DNA of 36,980 nt from a virus (IMGVR_UViG_2713896902_000002:1-36980), one strand, 5' to 3'; shown: positions 8,562-17,872, counted from the first letter of the stretch. Numbers and translations: made by a program. The notes: generated from the letters alone by a model not told the origin.

Positions 8562-9707
8562 ATGAACATTCAACAGCGTATAGCAGAACGCTTGGTTCAG
8601 GCCAGAAACGACGCAGGAATGAGTGCAAGCGCCGTCGCAGATGCGATCGGTGTTGTTCGTCAAACCTACAGTAAGTTTGAGCAGGCGCTAGGCGTCCCAA
8701 GCGTTACCCAACTCATCATGCTCTGCAAGATTTTCGATAAGCCTATCGGGTATTTTTATGAGCAAGATGATGGCGAGTTTCGTTTTGCAATGCGAGCAGA
8801 TAGTCCGGATTTGTTGGATGCCAAACTTCGCAATGAGTTGATTGAAAAGTTAAAAAATATCAATGCAATTGAGGAAGCTGCTGATGCTAATTTGCCAGAA
8901 GATCTTCCTAACTCAATGCCTATTTTTACCGCCAAAGCAGAAGATTTGCGAAGAGTCGAAGATAAGGCTATGGAAGAACGTTTCCGTCTTGGTATAGGAA
9001 ACGCTACTTGCGTTGGTGACATTGTAGCCATTTTGGAAGCATCGGATATTCGAGTAATCCCGTTCAATCGCGAAGAAACCGATAAAGGGATGGTATTCGG
9101 ATTTTCTGCGTTTTCGAACAAATACGGTACCGCGATTTATGTAAATGTTCACGATAGCATTTCAATAGAACGTCAAATCTTCAGTATTTGCCATGAATAT
9201 GCTCATCTTATCTTCCACCGTGATGAGTATGATGGCCCTGCTAAAAGCTATAAAACCAATGGCAAAGCAATTTCACCGGAAGAAAAAGTTGCTAATCACT
9301 TTGCTGCTTGTTTTTTGGTACCAGAAAGCGCATTGCGAAAACAATTCGTCATGCAAGGTGGTGGATGGGCGTATGAGGAAACCGTCCTTAGACTAAAAAG
9401 CATTTTCAGAGTATCAGCCACTTGCATCATCGATCGTCTTAGTAAATGTAATTTAATTAATCAACAAAACACTAGATACCTATGGGCAACCGCCAATCGT
9501 AAAGGTTGGAAGAGACACGAGCCAAATCCCATTAGGGAAGCACTAAATTATAAAGGCCGCCTAACCGTCTTATCGCGTAAAGCATGGGAAGCCGGTTCCG
9601 CGTCGGAAACCTTCATATCTGAACTTTTAGAATTAGACAGAAAAGCTCTCAGCAATCTTCTGGATGAATGGTACGACGAACAGGAGGCCGGAGAGGATGC
9701 CGTTTGA
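8562..9707 (+). CDS. Xre-family HTH fused to ImmA/IrrE-type (M78-like, COG2856) zinc metallopeptidase
   Basis: N-terminal HTH (MNIQQRIAERLVQARNDAGMSASAVADAIGVVRQTYSKFEQALGVPSVTQL); HEXXH in SICHEYAHLIFH; AT-rich upstream region, RBS aggtga; visibly AT-richer than flanking phage genes. Confidence 0.8.
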   Translation: MNIQQRIAERLVQARNDAGMSASAVADAIGVVRQTYSKFEQALGVPSVTQLIMLCKIFDKPIGYFYEQDDGEFRFAMRADSPDLLDAKLRNELIEKLKNINAIEEAADANLPEDLPNSMPIFTAKAEDLRRVEDKAMEERFRLGIGNATCVGDIVAILEASDIRVIPFNREETDKGMVFGFSAFSNKYGTAIYVNVHDSISIERQIFSICHEYAHLIFHRDEYDGPAKSYKTNGKAISPEEKVANHFAACFLVPESALRKQFVMQGGGWAYEETVLRLKSIFRVSATCIIDRLSKCNLINQQNTRYLWATANRKGWKRHEPNPIREALNYKGRLTVLSRKAWEAGSASETFISELLELDRKALSNLLDEWYDEQEAGEDAV

Positions 9708-10215
9708 ATGCCCCAGATGTGTTATCGATACGAATGTACTGTCTGATTTTTACGAAGGTAAATGCTTAGATCTTATCTGGCAAATTTACCCGGGTGGTGT
9801 GTGGATTGACCCCTATGTCTGCGAGGAACTAAAAGCTAAATACAATCTTGATGTTCAGGAACAGCTTACACGCCTGCAACTTCCATACAATTTCACCAAT
9901 GATTACGAACCTGAACATTTTATTGAAATGGCTGAGATAAAAAATCGCAGGAGAGCATTGAAGTATGCGGACATAAGCTGCGTTGTTAACGCGAGAATAC
10001 ATGATGCAACATGTCTTTCGGCGGATAATGCGGTTTATAAAACGTGTGCGGAACGCGGTGTAAAAGCCGCCCGCCACGGAGGGCTACTTCAAGAGGCTGT
10101 GCGCAGGAGACTTATCCACAAACAACAAGCCTTAATGCATTTCCAATTTTTCCTAGATCGTGGGTTAACGATGAAATCTTCTGTTCGAGAACAGATTCTT
10201 GCCAGTTTCGAATGA
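9697..10215 (+). CDS. PIN-like domain nuclease (predicted effector/toxin); alternative start 9664
   Basis: Start overlaps end of the HTH-peptidase gene (RBS caggagg); N-terminal VIDTNVL strand with Asp, later ADISCVVNARIHDATCLSADNAVY fitting the PIN D..IAA.A...L.T.D pattern. Confidence 0.55.
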   Translation: MPFECPRCVIDTNVLSDFYEGKCLDLIWQIYPGGVWIDPYVCEELKAKYNLDVQEQLTRLQLPYNFTNDYEPEHFIEMAEIKNRRRALKYADISCVVNARIHDATCLSADNAVYKTCAERGVKAARHGGLLQEAVRRRLIHKQQALMHFQFFLDRGLTMKSSVREQILASFE

Positions 10216-10248
10216 ATCCAAATCTCTCTTGCCATATTGGATTATATT

Positions 10249-10274
10249 GAGCCGCAATAGCGGCTCTTTTTTTT
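10249..10274 (+). terminator. rho-independent terminator (gagccgcaatagcggctc + T8)
   Basis: Hairpin followed by tttttttt directly after the PIN-like gene stop. Confidence 0.75.
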
Positions 10275-10290
10275 GTTTATTTATAACAAG

Positions 10291-10324
10291 TGCGCAATGC
10301 ACAATTGTGCACAAATTTGCACAA
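10291..10324. repeat. TGCACAA direct-repeat array at 10-bp phasing with embedded perfect palindrome TGCACAATTGTGCA
   Basis: tgcgcaa tgcacaattgtgcacaaatttgcacaa: heptamer at 10298, 10308, 10318 plus variant at 10291; palindrome 10298..10311. Confidence 0.5.
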
Positions 10325-10697
10325 TTTTTTTGAACGACTTTTTACCCTTCCAGCCCGCATGGTGGCTGGTTCCGTCAAGGATCCGTGCGTGCACAAAAAA
10401 AACGCATTTTTTCTGCGCGCAGGTGACGGGGGAACAGCCCGCGTTTCAGGGGGTAAATAGCATTCCCCGAACGATGTCGCAGAGACACAACAGAATGGCT
10501 GTATTTCTCACGCTGAGCATGAAAAAACGTGAGGGCTTTTGATTTGATGGGGTGACAGATAAGGCCGTCAGAATCGCACTGAGGCGGCGAGAACATGCAG
10601 TCAACACGGTAGGATTGCGTAAGAGCCTGACCGTCGATGATGGCAATAAGCTGGAAGACGTCGTGAAATTATTTGATTGATACAGGAGCTGGAGAGT

Positions 10698-10740
10698 CGG
10701 GGCATAAATTTTTTATGCCCCGGCGAGGCAGCAGACAAGC
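10698..10740. other. candidate cos region: 11-bp-stem hairpin followed by GGCGAGGC... 19-mer
   Basis: cggggcataaa-ttt-tttatgccccg hairpin, then ggcgaggcagcagacaagc whose first 8 nt match remembered P2/186 cohesive ends (GGCGAGGCGGGGAAAGCAC); located between hotspot and Q as in P2. Confidence 0.3.
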
Positions 10741-10824
10741 GAAGCGCGTCAGTGATACAGCACCTTGCCGACCATCATTCATGGGCGCAAAATACACACA
10801 AAGGAAATCAATGGAGGCTGTCTT

Positions 10825-11349
10825 ATGGTCATTAATTACAAGCAGTTAAGAGAAAAACGAGATCAGGTAAAGGAGAGTTTTCGCCGCAATGAAGACCTGA
10901 CCCCGCTTGTACGCATTGCCCAGGGAATTGTTGATGCTTATGAAATCTCGCTGGAGCTGCCATCACAGACCTGGACAGATAGCGACGGTAATCGCCAGCA
11001 TTACGTTTCATGCGGACTGGAAACAGCAGAAGGGTTTCGCAGAATGCCTTTATCCCAGATTCCTGCCGCTACCCCCAAAGCAAGAGGCAGCAATGATGAG
11101 CGAAAACTGACTTTCAGTATTGAAACAGTTGTTGACGACACACCTGGCGAAGTCGCATTCGTGCTCACTCCCCTTTCGATCACAATGTATAACGATGAAA
11201 TACAGGTTCGCGTTAATAATAATATCGTGCCACTTAAAGAAGGTAATTCCCCCTACACCACCGTTTGTGAAGCGATTCAATATTACGTTCTCTCTGAAAT
11301 TGATAATCTCAGACCTGACGGCACCCGGAAAATGGTTCAACTCTGGTAA
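10825..11349 (+). CDS. hypothetical protein (moron between candidate cos and portal gene); ORF extends to 10765
   Basis: RBS ggagg before ATG 10825; ORF convergent with Q and ending at a bidirectional terminator; no recognisable motifs. Confidence 0.5.
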   Translation: MVINYKQLREKRDQVKESFRRNEDLTPLVRIAQGIVDAYEISLELPSQTWTDSDGNRQHYVSCGLETAEGFRRMPLSQIPAATPKARGSNDERKLTFSIETVVDDTPGEVAFVLTPLSITMYNDEIQVRVNNNIVPLKEGNSPYTTVCEAIQYYVLSEIDNLRPDGTRKMVQLW

Positions 11350-11355
11350 AAAGGA

Positions 11356-11380
11356 CAGCCCCATCACGGGGCTGTTTTTT
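11356..11380 (+). terminator. bidirectional rho-independent terminator (cagcccc-atcac-ggggctg + T6)
   Basis: Hairpin flanked by A-run upstream and T-run downstream; overlaps the last codons of Q. Confidence 0.7.
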
Positions 11381-12410
11381 CATCAAGCAGTGCGTAAGGG
11401 TTAAAGCGGATCACCTCTTCGCCAAGCCAGTCATTGATGTGCTTCATGGCCTCCATGACGGGCATCAGCTCGTTAATTGCGTAAACCCGCGCAGCCTTCT
11501 CCACATCACCAAACGCACTTTTTTCGCCCGGCATCGCCCCCATCAGTTGCGGCGGAACGCGGTGCGCAGCCAGCACATCATCACGGGACGCCGCCTTAAC
11601 ATTCATGAACTCATCCTTTGCGGTGATCTGCTGGAACGGCAAAATTTGCACACCTTCTTTACCCCCGTTGGGCGCATGAATGAGCACGTTTTTAAACGCA
11701 CCACCACCACGCGCACCCTGTAGCGTTTCTTTCAGGGAGTCCATGCTTTCGCGGTCTACCCGTGCTGCACCGATGTAGACGATGCACCCGGCGTGGGATC
11801 CATTGTCGTAATACAGCTTTCTGAACGCGTCCGCCGAATGAGACAGGCTGGCCGAGAGTAATGCGCCGAGATATTCCGGCATGCCGTAGATTTCCTGGTT
11901 AATATCCGGGTTCATCAGGTGGCACACTTTGCCAGGGCGAAACTGAAACGCATCCTTGCCATCCTGCACATACCACCACGATTCGAGATCGCTTCCGCGG
12001 CGCATGTATTTCGCCAGTGCGTGTCGTAATTTCAGCGGTTCGCCGAGCATATTGCTTCGAAGTTCAAGGAATGCGTTACCGAACACAAACCAGTCCAGCG
12101 CCAGCGCCGAGAAATCCTGCCGGGAAAGCAGCGGGTGCGGGATATAGCAACCGAGCAATACATTGCGCTTAAAGTAAAGCGCAGACTGATGCCAGGACGT
12201 TTGCCGGGCAGCTCTTGCCAGACCGTACCAGTCCACCGGGGTTTCATACCACCGACCGTTATCGGCACAGTACATATTGTCCAGCAGGTCATGCCCGGTC
12301 AGGCGATAAGGACCATCAAATGTGAACGCGCTGAGCGACGATTCTTTCCTGAGCGCATCAGCGAGATCAATGCGTGAACTCATGCGCACTTTTTTATTTT
12401 TTCTGCTCAT
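11364..12410 (-). CDS. Q: portal protein (P2 gpQ family)
   Basis: 348-aa ORF at the P2 portal position, leftward, downstream of P; typical length. Confidence 0.85.
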   Translation of the reverse strand: MSRKNKKVRMSSRIDLADALRKESSLSAFTFDGPYRLTGHDLLDNMYCADNGRWYETPVDWYGLARAARQTSWHQSALYFKRNVLLGCYIPHPLLSRQDFSALALDWFVFGNAFLELRSNMLGEPLKLRHALAKYMRRGSDLESWWYVQDGKDAFQFRPGKVCHLMNPDINQEIYGMPEYLGALLSASLSHSADAFRKLYYDNGSHAGCIVYIGAARVDRESMDSLKETLQGARGGGAFKNVLIHAPNGGKEGVQILPFQQITAKDEFMNVKAASRDDVLAAHRVPPQLMGAMPGEKSAFGDVEKAARVYAINELMPVMEAMKHINDWLGEEVIRFNPYALLDEKTAP

Positions 12411-14161
12411 CAGAACTCCATAACCGTGAAACGCTCGTTTTCTCCTTCGCCGCCAATCGGTTCGTTAATGACAGCAAGCATGGTTGCCCAGGCCAGGTCG
12501 CCGTGGCTGATCCCCCTCGCGCGGTCCGTTTCGTAAGTGATGAAACCCCCCGCTGTTTTCACCTTACGCACGGCATTAAAGGCTGCGACCAGCTCGCGTT
12601 CGGCGCGATCGTATTCCCACCGCCCGGCACGCATTATTTGCAGCATTTTCAGTACCAGCGACCGTTTTGATGACAGCGTGAAGGTGTACGGAATAGCAGC
12701 AGGGAAAAACCGTTTCACTATCTGATAAACAGCCTCCCCGTTCCCGCCCGTCACATCAATGCCGATGTGTTCCACGTTGTAGCGATACGTGAAATCTTCA
12801 ATGACTCTGGCCTGTTCTTCAAACTCCAGCCCCTGAACGCGTCGCGTCTCCACCGTTCGAAAACGGCCACCAGGAACAGCCGGAGGAACCACCACGGATA
12901 CAGCGCCGCTGTCGCCGTTGCCACTGCTGCCGTTTGCGTCATACCCAATCCATACCGGACGATTCCCCATCGGGCGGGGAGCAAAAGGTTTCCAGTCTTT
13001 CCAGTCGTCGTATCCGTCAACACCGCAGCCAATCAGGATATTCAGGTTAAATGCCGATTCCCCTTCGCGGACAAACTCACACATATAGAGATTGAGGAAC
13101 TCGTCTTCGGTGTTTTCATCACGAATTTCGTCAATATCGGTGTGTTTCCAGCCGTGATTAACCACGTCTTCCAGCGTGACAATTTGCCGCCACGTCCGGT
13201 CAGGGCAGATAAGCCCGTTATGCAGCGTTTTCCAGTCCACAGAAAAACGCTGGCGTTTATGCGTGGCCTTTTTCTCGTTCCAGCGGTCGCCGTTCCAGTA
13301 GACGTATGCCTCATGCGTTTCGGTGGATGGCGTGGAGAAGTAGGTACGCCGCAGTCCGCTGAGGGTTGCCATAGCGCCAGCCACCTTGCGCAGTTCAGCA
13401 AAGCGACTGACCCAGAAAAATTCATCAAAATAAAAATTACCCGTGTAGGACTGCGCCGTCGCCGCAGAAGTGCCGAGAAAATGCAGCTCTGCGCCGTTGG
13501 AGAGGATGATTTTATCGCCCCCTTTCAGCTCAACATCAACTTCAGATGCAGTCTTCTGAATAATGCTTTTAAACTGGAACGCCTGACGACGCGACGCAGA
13601 CAAAAAAATCTGGTTACGCTGGTAAGGTTGCGCCACATCGTCACGCAGCGCCATCAGCAGTGCTTCCTGTGCAAAATACCAGGTCGCCCCAATCTGTCGG
13701 GATTTCAGGATCATTCTGTTACGTATCCCGGCTTCCCTGCAAAGGGTCAGGGAGTCAAACCAGCCCCGCTGATGCCACTCCAGCCTGCTGATGATTTTTT
13801 CCCGCAGTGCGGCAATCTGTTCCGGCGTGAAATGATTTTTAAGTTTTTTCGCCCGGCCTTTCTTTCCTGTGGCCGTCGCATCCGGCTGGCCATCATGCAG
13901 TTTTTTAAGCTGCCGGGTCAGCAGGTCTATTTCTTTGAAGTCACCACCTGTTTTATTCTGTTTTTCAGTAAGCTGGATGAGGCGCGCATCGATGGACTGC
14001 GTGACACGCTGCACGGGTGGCGTTTCATCCCACTGGTCGCGTTTTTTCCACGCATAAATCGTGTTCGGGTTTATTCCCATCAGACGTGATATTTCTGCGG
14101 GCGGATAACCCTGCCAGTAAAGTTGCCGCGCACGCTGGCGCACAAAAGCGTCCTGAATCAT
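12410..14161 (-). CDS. P: terminase large (ATPase) subunit (P2 gpP family)
   Basis: 583-aa ORF divergent from O; P2 Q-P/O-N-M-L organisation. Confidence 0.88.
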   Translation of the reverse strand: MIQDAFVRQRARQLYWQGYPPAEISRLMGINPNTIYAWKKRDQWDETPPVQRVTQSIDARLIQLTEKQNKTGGDFKEIDLLTRQLKKLHDGQPDATATGKKGRAKKLKNHFTPEQIAALREKIISRLEWHQRGWFDSLTLCREAGIRNRMILKSRQIGATWYFAQEALLMALRDDVAQPYQRNQIFLSASRRQAFQFKSIIQKTASEVDVELKGGDKIILSNGAELHFLGTSAATAQSYTGNFYFDEFFWVSRFAELRKVAGAMATLSGLRRTYFSTPSTETHEAYVYWNGDRWNEKKATHKRQRFSVDWKTLHNGLICPDRTWRQIVTLEDVVNHGWKHTDIDEIRDENTEDEFLNLYMCEFVREGESAFNLNILIGCGVDGYDDWKDWKPFAPRPMGNRPVWIGYDANGSSGNGDSGAVSVVVPPAVPGGRFRTVETRRVQGLEFEEQARVIEDFTYRYNVEHIGIDVTGGNGEAVYQIVKRFFPAAIPYTFTLSSKRSLVLKMLQIMRAGRWEYDRAERELVAAFNAVRKVKTAGGFITYETDRARGISHGDLAWATMLAVINEPIGGEGENERFTVMEF

Positions 14162-14315
14162 TGCTCCCCCTGAGTAATTACAGGAAGATTACCCGCGCGC
14201 GAAACTGTTCTCCTTAACCCCCTGTTCTGGCCGTTTTCTTACAACAAAAGCCCTTTGTATCAGCCTGTTACGCTTTGCCATCATGACCGAAGAACCAGTC
14301 AGAGGGGCAAAAACT
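14162..14315. promoter_or_regulatory. divergent late-promoter region between P and O (P_P / P_O equivalent)
   Basis: Position by analogy with P2; I could not find a clean TGT-N12-ACA activator site by eye. Confidence 0.3.
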
Positions 14316-15152
14316 ATGGCTAATGAAAAAAAGACATCCCGCAAAAAGTTTCGCGTGGCTGTCTCTGGATCAACTGTTGATGGTCGCGAAATCAGTCCGG
14401 TGCATCTGCGTGAAGCCGCTGAGAACTTCGACCCGGATGTTTACGCCGCCCGCGTGAACGTTGAGCACTATCTCTCGCCATGCCCGTCAAGCGAATTTTC
14501 CGCAATGGGCGATGTTACCGCACTGAGTACGGAAGACATTACGGAAGGTCCGCTGGCCGGGCGTACTGCGCTGTATGCAGAAATCGAACCGACCGAGCGC
14601 ATGAAGAAGCTTGTCGCTGACGGCAAGAAAATTTATTCCAGTATCGAACTGCACCCGCAGTTCTCCGTTAACGGGCGCGCCTATCTGGTCGGGCTGGCGA
14701 TGACCGACACCCCAGCAAGCCTAGGCACTGAACGTCTGAAATTCACGGCACAGCAACGTCAGGCAGTGATGAAATTCAACAGTGTCCAGGGTGAGGCTCC
14801 GCTTATCTCCGAAGCCATCGAGTCTGAAATCATCGAAATGGCAGAACAACGCCAGGAAGAAGGCGCCCAGTGGTTTAACCGCATAATGGGAATTATTGGC
14901 CGTAGCCGCAAAGCGGATGACGCCAGTTTTTCCCGTATTCAGGAAGCGGTGGAAGGCGTCGCAACGTCACAGGCCGACATTATCGACCGTTTTAATGCAC
15001 TGGAAGCCCGCCATAAGCAGGACAGCCAGAAAATCACTTCACTGACCACAGAGCTGACAGCACTGAAGGGAAAACTGCGCACGCAGGACGGCGATCCGCA
15101 GAACCGGTTCACCGCAACGGGCGCAGCCTCCGACCAGCTGGCTGACTTCTGA
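14316..15152 (+). CDS. O: capsid scaffolding protein (P2 gpO family); ORF opens at 14283
   Basis: MANEKKTSRKKFRVAVSGSTVDGREISPVHLREAAENFDPDVY resembles remembered P2 gpO N-terminus; LVGLAMTDTPASLGTE matches YLVGLAVTDDPASLGTE. Confidence 0.85.
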   Translation: MANEKKTSRKKFRVAVSGSTVDGREISPVHLREAAENFDPDVYAARVNVEHYLSPCPSSEFSAMGDVTALSTEDITEGPLAGRTALYAEIEPTERMKKLVADGKKIYSSIELHPQFSVNGRAYLVGLAMTDTPASLGTERLKFTAQQRQAVMKFNSVQGEAPLISEAIESEIIEMAEQRQEEGAQWFNRIMGIIGRSRKADDASFSRIQEAVEGVATSQADIIDRFNALEARHKQDSQKITSLTTELTALKGKLRTQDGDPQNRFTATGAASDQLADF

Positions 15153-15175
15153 CAAGACAAAGGAGCAAATTTTTT

Positions 15176-16228
15176 ATGAATCTGGTGATGTCAGATAATG
15201 CCCGTAACAAGCTGGGCTGCTACATGACGCAACAGGCGTCGCTTAACAATATCCCGGTTTCTGCGCTGGTATCGCGCTTTACCGTCAATCCGGCGGTACA
15301 ACAGCGTTTTGAAAACGCCTCAAAGGAAAGTACCGAATTTACGAAAAGAATTAACGTGATCGGCGTGACCGACCAGAAAGGCGAAAAAATCCTCCTGGAC
15401 ACCACAGGACCGATTGCGCGCACGAATACCAGTTATGACGGCACGGACCGCCGCAACCCGATTAACGTTGTTGACCTGAAGTCCCGCCAGTACCAGTGCG
15501 AACAGGTGAACTACGACACGTTTATTTCGTATCCGCAGCTTGATGCCTGGTCAGCGCACAGCGATTTTCAGACCCGCATCAGTGCACAGATTGCCCGACA
15601 GGTGGCGCTTGACCGCATCATGATCGGCTTCAACGGCACATCACACGCGGAAAAATCCAACTTCAGCACCAACCAACTGCTTCAGGACGTTAACGTGGGC
15701 TGGCTGGAGCATATCCGCAACCACGCCAGCGAGCGCGTGATGAACGATGTGACGCTGACCTCCCGCAACATGGACAACACGGTGGCACACGCGGGTAAGT
15801 ATGCCAACGCTGATGCACTGGTACAGGATGCGCGTTCATCCCTGCTGGATGAATGGCACAAGGACGCAGACGACCTCGTGGTGATTATGGGACGCAACCT
15901 GTTTAACTCGCTGCGCCTGCCTGTTCTGAACAGCATCAGCGGTCAGAGCCCGAACGCCGAATTACTTGCCGGACAGCTCATCCTGTCATCGCGCACCATT
16001 GGCGGGCTGGATGTATTCCTTGCGCCGTTCTTCCCGGATGCAGCGATGCTGATCACCTCGTTCAATAACCTGTCCATTTACTGGCAGAAGGGCTCCATGC
16101 GTCGCCTGATGAAAGACGAGCCGGAGTACAACCGTATCGCCACCTACCAGTCCATCAATGACGCTTATGTCGTTGAAGATTACGGCAAGTGCGCGATGGT
16201 CACTGGCCTGAAGTTCGCCGACAGCTAA
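15176..16228 (+). CDS. N: major capsid protein (P2 gpN family)
   Basis: 350-aa ORF after scaffold gene; position and size as P2 N. Confidence 0.85.
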   Translation: MNLVMSDNARNKLGCYMTQQASLNNIPVSALVSRFTVNPAVQQRFENASKESTEFTKRINVIGVTDQKGEKILLDTTGPIARTNTSYDGTDRRNPINVVDLKSRQYQCEQVNYDTFISYPQLDAWSAHSDFQTRISAQIARQVALDRIMIGFNGTSHAEKSNFSTNQLLQDVNVGWLEHIRNHASERVMNDVTLTSRNMDNTVAHAGKYANADALVQDARSSLLDEWHKDADDLVVIMGRNLFNSLRLPVLNSISGQSPNAELLAGQLILSSRTIGGLDVFLAPFFPDAAMLITSFNNLSIYWQKGSMRRLMKDEPEYNRIATYQSINDAYVVEDYGKCAMVTGLKFADS

Positions 16229-16273
16229 TCAACTCATGGCGGGCATCATGCCCGCCTGTAACGGAGAGAGAAA

Positions 16274-17074
16274 ATGATTACTCCTGCACAGCAACACTGG
16301 CAGAACGTGATGGCACAGCGCGCAGGCCGGGCGAATGAAGGTGTTGACCACGCCGCACGTACCGCGCATGAAGAGGTTCTGTATCGTCTGCGTCTGGCAC
16401 AGGCCCGGCTTAAGGGCGTACAGGCCAGAAGCGCGAAAGCCGCCATCAAAAAAGAGTTGTTGCCGGACTTTTCCGGCTGGATTGAGGGAACGCTGGAGGC
16501 TGACGGCGGGCAACAGGACGAAGTGATTGCCACGCTGATGGTGTGGGCGATTGACTGTGGCGATCTTCCGCTGGCGCTGCGTATTGGTGCGTATGTGGTC
16601 CGTCACAACCTCATCATGCCGGATAACTTTGGTCGTACTGCTGCCACAGTGCTGACCGAAGAAATCTGCAACCCAATACTGACGCAGGCCGGAACGGATG
16701 CCGACGCGGATTTATCCGCCTTTATCGAACCACTGGACACACTTTGGGAAATTGTCGCCAACCAGGACATGCCGGACGAAGTGCGCGCCAAATTATGCAA
16801 GGCGTGCGCCTTTGCCCGCCGTGGCCTGACCGATGCGGACAGCATGGCCTCATCACTGAAGCTGCTGCGCGAAGCGATGCACCTGAACCCGAACGCAGGT
16901 GTGAAACGCGAGATTGCAACCCTTTCCCGCGCCCTGAAAAAAGCCGATTCCGCAGCCGCACCGGAAGACGCCAGCACACCGCAGGCGCAGGACGAAAGCA
17001 GCAAAAGTAAAAAGACAACGCGGAAGCCTGCAACACGAAAAACCACCGCGACGCAGAAGGCGAAGCGCGGTTAA
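16274..17074 (+). CDS. M: terminase small/endonuclease subunit (P2 gpM family)
   Basis: KKELLPDFSGW...MPDEVRAKL...GVKREI resembles remembered P2 gpM (KKRELLPFW...MPDEVRAKL...GVKKEI); basic C-terminus. Confidence 0.85.
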   Translation: MITPAQQHWQNVMAQRAGRANEGVDHAARTAHEEVLYRLRLAQARLKGVQARSAKAAIKKELLPDFSGWIEGTLEADGGQQDEVIATLMVWAIDCGDLPLALRIGAYVVRHNLIMPDNFGRTAATVLTEEICNPILTQAGTDADADLSAFIEPLDTLWEIVANQDMPDEVRAKLCKACAFARRGLTDADSMASSLKLLREAMHLNPNAGVKREIATLSRALKKADSAAAPEDASTPQAQDESSKSKKTTRKPATRKTTATQKAKRG

Positions 17075-17175
17075 CGACTGACCCCGTCAGCGGGCGGCGT
17101 GCGCGGTGTTCCGGTTTGACTCCGTGACCGTTTACACCGCACACCCACCGCCCGATTTTTTCAGGAGTGAATCCC

Positions 17176-17670
17176 ATGAGTATGGTTGCCAGAACCGAAA
17201 CACGCCCCGCAGAGGATGACATCACCGATACCGATGATGGCGACACTCGCATTTCAGCAGGGGCATTCTGGCCGGATATTGTGCTGCGTGAGCTGCGTCT
17301 GGCGGTACGACTGCCGGGCCGCGTGACCACCTCCCGCCTGCTGCATACCGCCACCGGGGCGGTGGCCCACGTTACCCGTGAGCTGGAAGCGTGGCAGCAG
17401 GAACAGCAGGCAGCCGGACACGAAACACTGGCCGATGTCCCGGCGCCATTAATTAACGGAGAAAGCGTCAATCTCTGGCACTGGCGCAATGCGGTTTACA
17501 CCGCCACCCGTGCCCTGATTCTGGAACGTTACCGCGATGCGGACACAACGGACAAGGGCGAGCGCCGGGCAGATGCACTGGACGCGCAGACCGCAGACTT
17601 ATGGTGCGATGTGAGCTGGGCCATCTCTGACATTCTGGGACGGCCACGACTGTTTGCGGAGTTGTGCTGA
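17176..17670 (+). CDS. L: head completion/stabilisation protein (P2 gpL family); ORF opens at GTG 17167
   Basis: RBS aggag then ATG 17176; FWPDIVLRELR... and ...WCDVSWAIS...GRPR resemble remembered P2 gpL. Confidence 0.8.
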   Translation: MSMVARTETRPAEDDITDTDDGDTRISAGAFWPDIVLRELRLAVRLPGRVTTSRLLHTATGAVAHVTRELEAWQQEQQAAGHETLADVPAPLINGESVNLWHWRNAVYTATRALILERYRDADTTDKGERRADALDAQTADLWCDVSWAISDILGRPRLFAELC

Positions 17671-17870
17671 TGAAAGTGCAGGCACTGGCAGGCGACACCG
17701 TGGATTCGCTCTGTTTCCGGCACTACGGCACGACGCAGGGCGTCACCGAAAAGGTGCTGGATGCCAACCCCGGACTCTGCCGACAGGTGTTTCTGGAAGC
17801 CGGGCAGGAAGTGGAAGCGCCGGAGCCGGAGAAGAAGAAACGGGAAATGATTCAGTTGTGGGGGAAGTAG
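17670..17870 (+). CDS. X: tail protein X (LysM-like, P2 gpX family)
   Basis: MKVQALAGDTVDSLCFRHYGTTQGVTEKVLDANPGL resembles remembered P2 X (MKTFALQGDTLDAICVRYYGRTEGVVETVLAANPGL). Confidence 0.8.
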   Translation: MKVQALAGDTVDSLCFRHYGTTQGVTEKVLDANPGLCRQVFLEAGQEVEAPEPEKKKREMIQLWGK

Positions 17871-17872
17871 CA

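Noticed and set aside
10273-10542. 89-aa ORF (and antisense ORFs 10375..10646) in the cos-proximal intergenic region
   Set aside because: Overlaps the TGCACAA repeat array and has no RBS; region more plausibly regulatory or packaging DNA.
12767-14089. 440-aa plus-strand ORF antisense to the terminase large subunit gene
   Set aside because: Entirely embedded opposite the P gene; Arg-rich nonsense-like composition; the minus-strand P ORF fits the P2 Q-P operon.
16722-17489. 255-aa minus-strand ORF overlapping M and L
   Set aside because: Antisense to two conserved head genes; Ser/Arg/Cys-rich composition; frame artefact of GC-rich DNA.
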